From NCBI RefSeq assembly GCF_006345805.1, contig NC_042998.1:112716001-112780000 (forward strand): 64,000 nt of DNA, read 5' to 3'. Origin of the DNA: Octopus sinensis (taxonomy: Eukaryota). The notes under the pieces were generated by a model. The model had not been told where the DNA came from, did not search any database, and worked only from the letters and a program-made list of their open reading frames with translations. Of the stretch, positions 60,980 to 64,000 are shown in pieces. The first letter of the stretch is position 1. Each line of letters starts with the position of its first letter. The translations under genes were made by a program, and so were the position numbers.

Positions 60980-62241
60980 TGAGCGTCGGCAGAGCAGTTC
61001 GTAGGCTGGTTAAGATACTCTCGTGGAATGTAACCAAATAAGGTTTATTTTTCAACACAGTTCTCCATGCGGTCCACACACTTCTATCGGTGTTGCAGTG
61101 CTTGGATTTCATTCGGGAAGAAGCTTTTATCCTGTTGGTAAAAAAAAGTCAACAGCAGATATGACGTCATCATCACTGCGATACTAGTTCCCAGCCAACT
61201 GTTTTTTCATGTTGGGGGAACAGATGATAGTCAGATGGGGCCAAATCAGGAGAATAGGGAGGCTGATCAAATCCACAGTCAGACCCAGCAGCCATTGAAA
61301 GCAAGGAGCATTGTGCTGGAGCATTGTTCTGATGAAACAAGACCACTTTCGTCGGTTTTCCTCAATATTGATAGCTTTTCATAACTGCCTCAGTAAGTTG
61401 GCATAGTACTCTCTTTTGACGCAGCGGTCTTTTTGAAGATAGTCAATAAACACAAAGCCTTTTAGCATCCCCAAAATGTTGAGGCCATCACCTTCCCTGC
61501 AAATGAAATGACCTTGGCTTTCTTTGAAGCAGGTGAGGAGGGGTGTTTCCACTGCATGGATCGTCTCTTTGTCTCTAGCTCAAAGTGCTGAAGCCAACAC
61601 TCATCCCGGGTTAGGAAACGTTTAAGGAAACCAGTTGGATCCGCCTCAAACAATATCAGATTTTCCCGTGATAGGATCAGCCTGTTGTACTTTTGATCAG
61701 GTATCAGCAGACATGGCACCCACCGAGCACAAACCTTCGTTATGCTAAGACCATAGAGCAGAATATTCTCAACTCTCTCACGCACGAGATATGCTAATGG
61801 CATTGGCTATCTGATTTATAGTTAATCGCCTGTCATCCATCACCATGTGGTGAACATGATTAATGTTTTCCTCGGTTGTGACAGTTTCAGGACATCCACA
61901 CCTTAGGCCATCTTCAAGACTCTCTGTTCCCCTCTTAGATTCAACTGCCCCTTTTGCAATGTTGAGCGTTATTCCCTAATGTAGCAACCATGAATGTCCT
62001 TGTGGAATAAATACTTTACCTGCAGGTACTTGATAACTCAACGATGCCAAATTTTGTTCATTTCCAAGAGAAGTCGTTACTAGTTACTTTTAAAGTTTTC
62101 TTTGAATAGTCAGATATCAGTTTACCTAGAAAGAAACAAAGAAGTTATCAATAAGAAGAGTTGAAATAAATGTATTCAAAATTTCACCGCTGCAGCATCA
62201 TTTCTTCATAGTCAGCCTATGATCTTTTCAGCCCACCTTCG
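60980..62241 (-). mobile_element. Full-length decayed mariner (irritans-like)
   Basis: Right TIR reverse complement CGAAGGTGGGCTGAAAAGATCATAGGCTGAC with TA flank. Motifs KVCARWVP, LTRDECW, AGKVMASTFW, FHQNNAP. Confidence 0.88.
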
Positions 62242-62656
62242 TACAATGCAGATTGTAATGGTTCATCTTTATAAATTTAAGTGGCAAAAAAAAAGCAATG
62301 GCAATGTTTCTGTCTTATCATACCTCCTTAGCGAAGGAGGCAAAAACATTACTCCGTGGGTGCTCAAAATCTAAAACAGCAATTATATAACAGAGTTAAA
62401 CATGAGATTTCTTTTGGTAAGAAGGTATATCATCTAATTTAGTTCAGAATTACCTATAGTCGTAGACATTCCCATGGGCCTTTCTTTCCTTAGAATGACA
62501 AATAAGTGGAAGGAATATATTACCAGTCAATATCCGTCAGCAACCACACCAATTCAGAGAAAGTAATTAACATAAAGGTAGGCAGTGCATTGGCATTTTC
62601 ACAATGATATTGACATTTGTCAGTTTCCTTTTGGGCGTCTCCTCCCCCGCACTCAC

Positions 62657-62774
<118 letters not shown>

Positions 62775-63229
62775 GCTTCTCAACTCTCTCTACTTTTCGA
62801 TAACTTTTATCTACCACGCAGGGAATATATATATATATGTTTGTGTGTGTGTGTGTGAATGTATGTATGTGTGTGTGTGTGCGTGAGTATATGTATATGT
62901 GTATGCATGTATGTGTATCTGTTAATAAGGTAATTGAACAATTCGTTGCCTTACAGTGACCAGTGCTTTCATTCCAGTTGGGAATCCTCGGACTAATATA
63001 ATATTAGGGAGTTGGAAACATTAAATAGCATTCAGTAATTGTGTGTGACGTTTACGTTTTCCTTCTTATTTTTTCTTCTAATACAAAGTATGCTGACTCA
63101 TTTTTTGCATACTTCGTTTTGTATCTGATAGAGGACTTTTTACTTTATTTTTTGATTTGGTATGAAGAATTTTAAGTGTTTGATTTGTTTCTGTTTTGTG
63201 CGGGAATGGTTTTTTTGTGTGTGTACGTG

Positions 63230-64000
63230 TGAATGTGAACCATACATAGCTCTTCACCCAAATACAAATCCTGACTTACCAAATGCTTTTCTGTCAATTA
63301 ACAACTTACAAAATTTGTTAAGACATTTTTACAGTTTGGTCATGAACTTTACACACATCAACAAATTGAACAAATTTCAGAGAGAACTAAAAATCAAAAT
63401 AACTTCAGACAAAAGAACATGTACGAAATACATTCAGCCACACACCCCAAACTTCATAGTGAACACATGTACAAGAATGCAACTTGAATCACACTGAGGG
63501 AAATTAACACCGAAGCAACCATGATAGCCATCAGTTTGAATATAGAAGATAGAATTGATCTGTTAGTTCTAACACACCAACAAATACATACAAAGATCAC
63601 AAGATCAACATCAGAACTAACACGTCTACAATACTTTTTAACCCAGAAAGACCCTGCCTGGGTAATGTCAATAACGCAATTTTGAACAACATGCATACGG
63701 TTAAAATGTGACACTTGGCTAACATTATGGAAAGATACAGACGCAGTCATCAAAAAGCTCAGATCAAAAAAAGCCTTTCATTTGCCCAATTCAACGTCAA
63801 CAACTACTACCCGTCGATTTCAAAGAAGCACTTTATAGAAGTAGTTCCCAATGCTAATACCCATATTTCCAAGTATGATTATATGTATCATTTTACACAC
63901 CAGAAAAATATTCTGCACAACGGAAATTCATGGATTGAGAAAAACTCCACCGTACTATTTGATGTTGTGTGGAATCATATACTGTAGAAATGAGTGTTTT
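63230..64000 (+). mobile_element. Penelope-like element RT fragment (pseudogene), runs off the window
   Basis: NKFQRELK, INTEATMIAISLNIEDRID, LWKDTDAVIK, QFNVNNYYPSISKK, NSWIEKNSTVLFDV-(M)GSY follow the PLE RT motif order (QFDIxEFYPSIS, WxKK...FDVxMGSY). Confidence 0.8.

Overview
AT-rich, repeat-dense animal DNA. The SINE, LINE and MITE families and microsatellite load look cephalopod, most likely Octopus (inferred from repeat recognition only). I found no intact host protein-coding gene. The window is a mosaic of tRNA-derived SINEs, Tc1/mariner elements (DD34D mariner, DD37D maT-like, rosa-like, pogo), a near-intact Merlin transposon with 8-bp TSD, a Helitron-like non-autonomous element, and R4/Dong, RTE, CR1 and Penelope-like retroelement fragments, with a 100-N assembly gap at 55258-55357. 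The standouts are: (1) a GC-rich Tx1/L1-clade LINE with an uninterrupted 1145-aa ORF2 and no ORF1, sitting inside a (GATA)n tract; (2) a separate 1.48-kb ORF1-only Tx1-like element with a 16-bp TSD that splits a SINE head (HAL1-like); (3) a head-to-tail array of R4/Dong 3' pieces separated by (TAA)n tracts; (4) a mariner carrying a 176-bp copy of its own flanking DNA; (5) a minimal hammerhead ribozyme motif with a compensatory U3:A8 core; (6) an orphan decayed axonemal dynein (DNAH2-like) fragment; (7) several palindromic or fold-back structures. Family names come from recalled motifs, not database searches. Identities are by-eye estimates and boundaries of decayed repeats are approximate.
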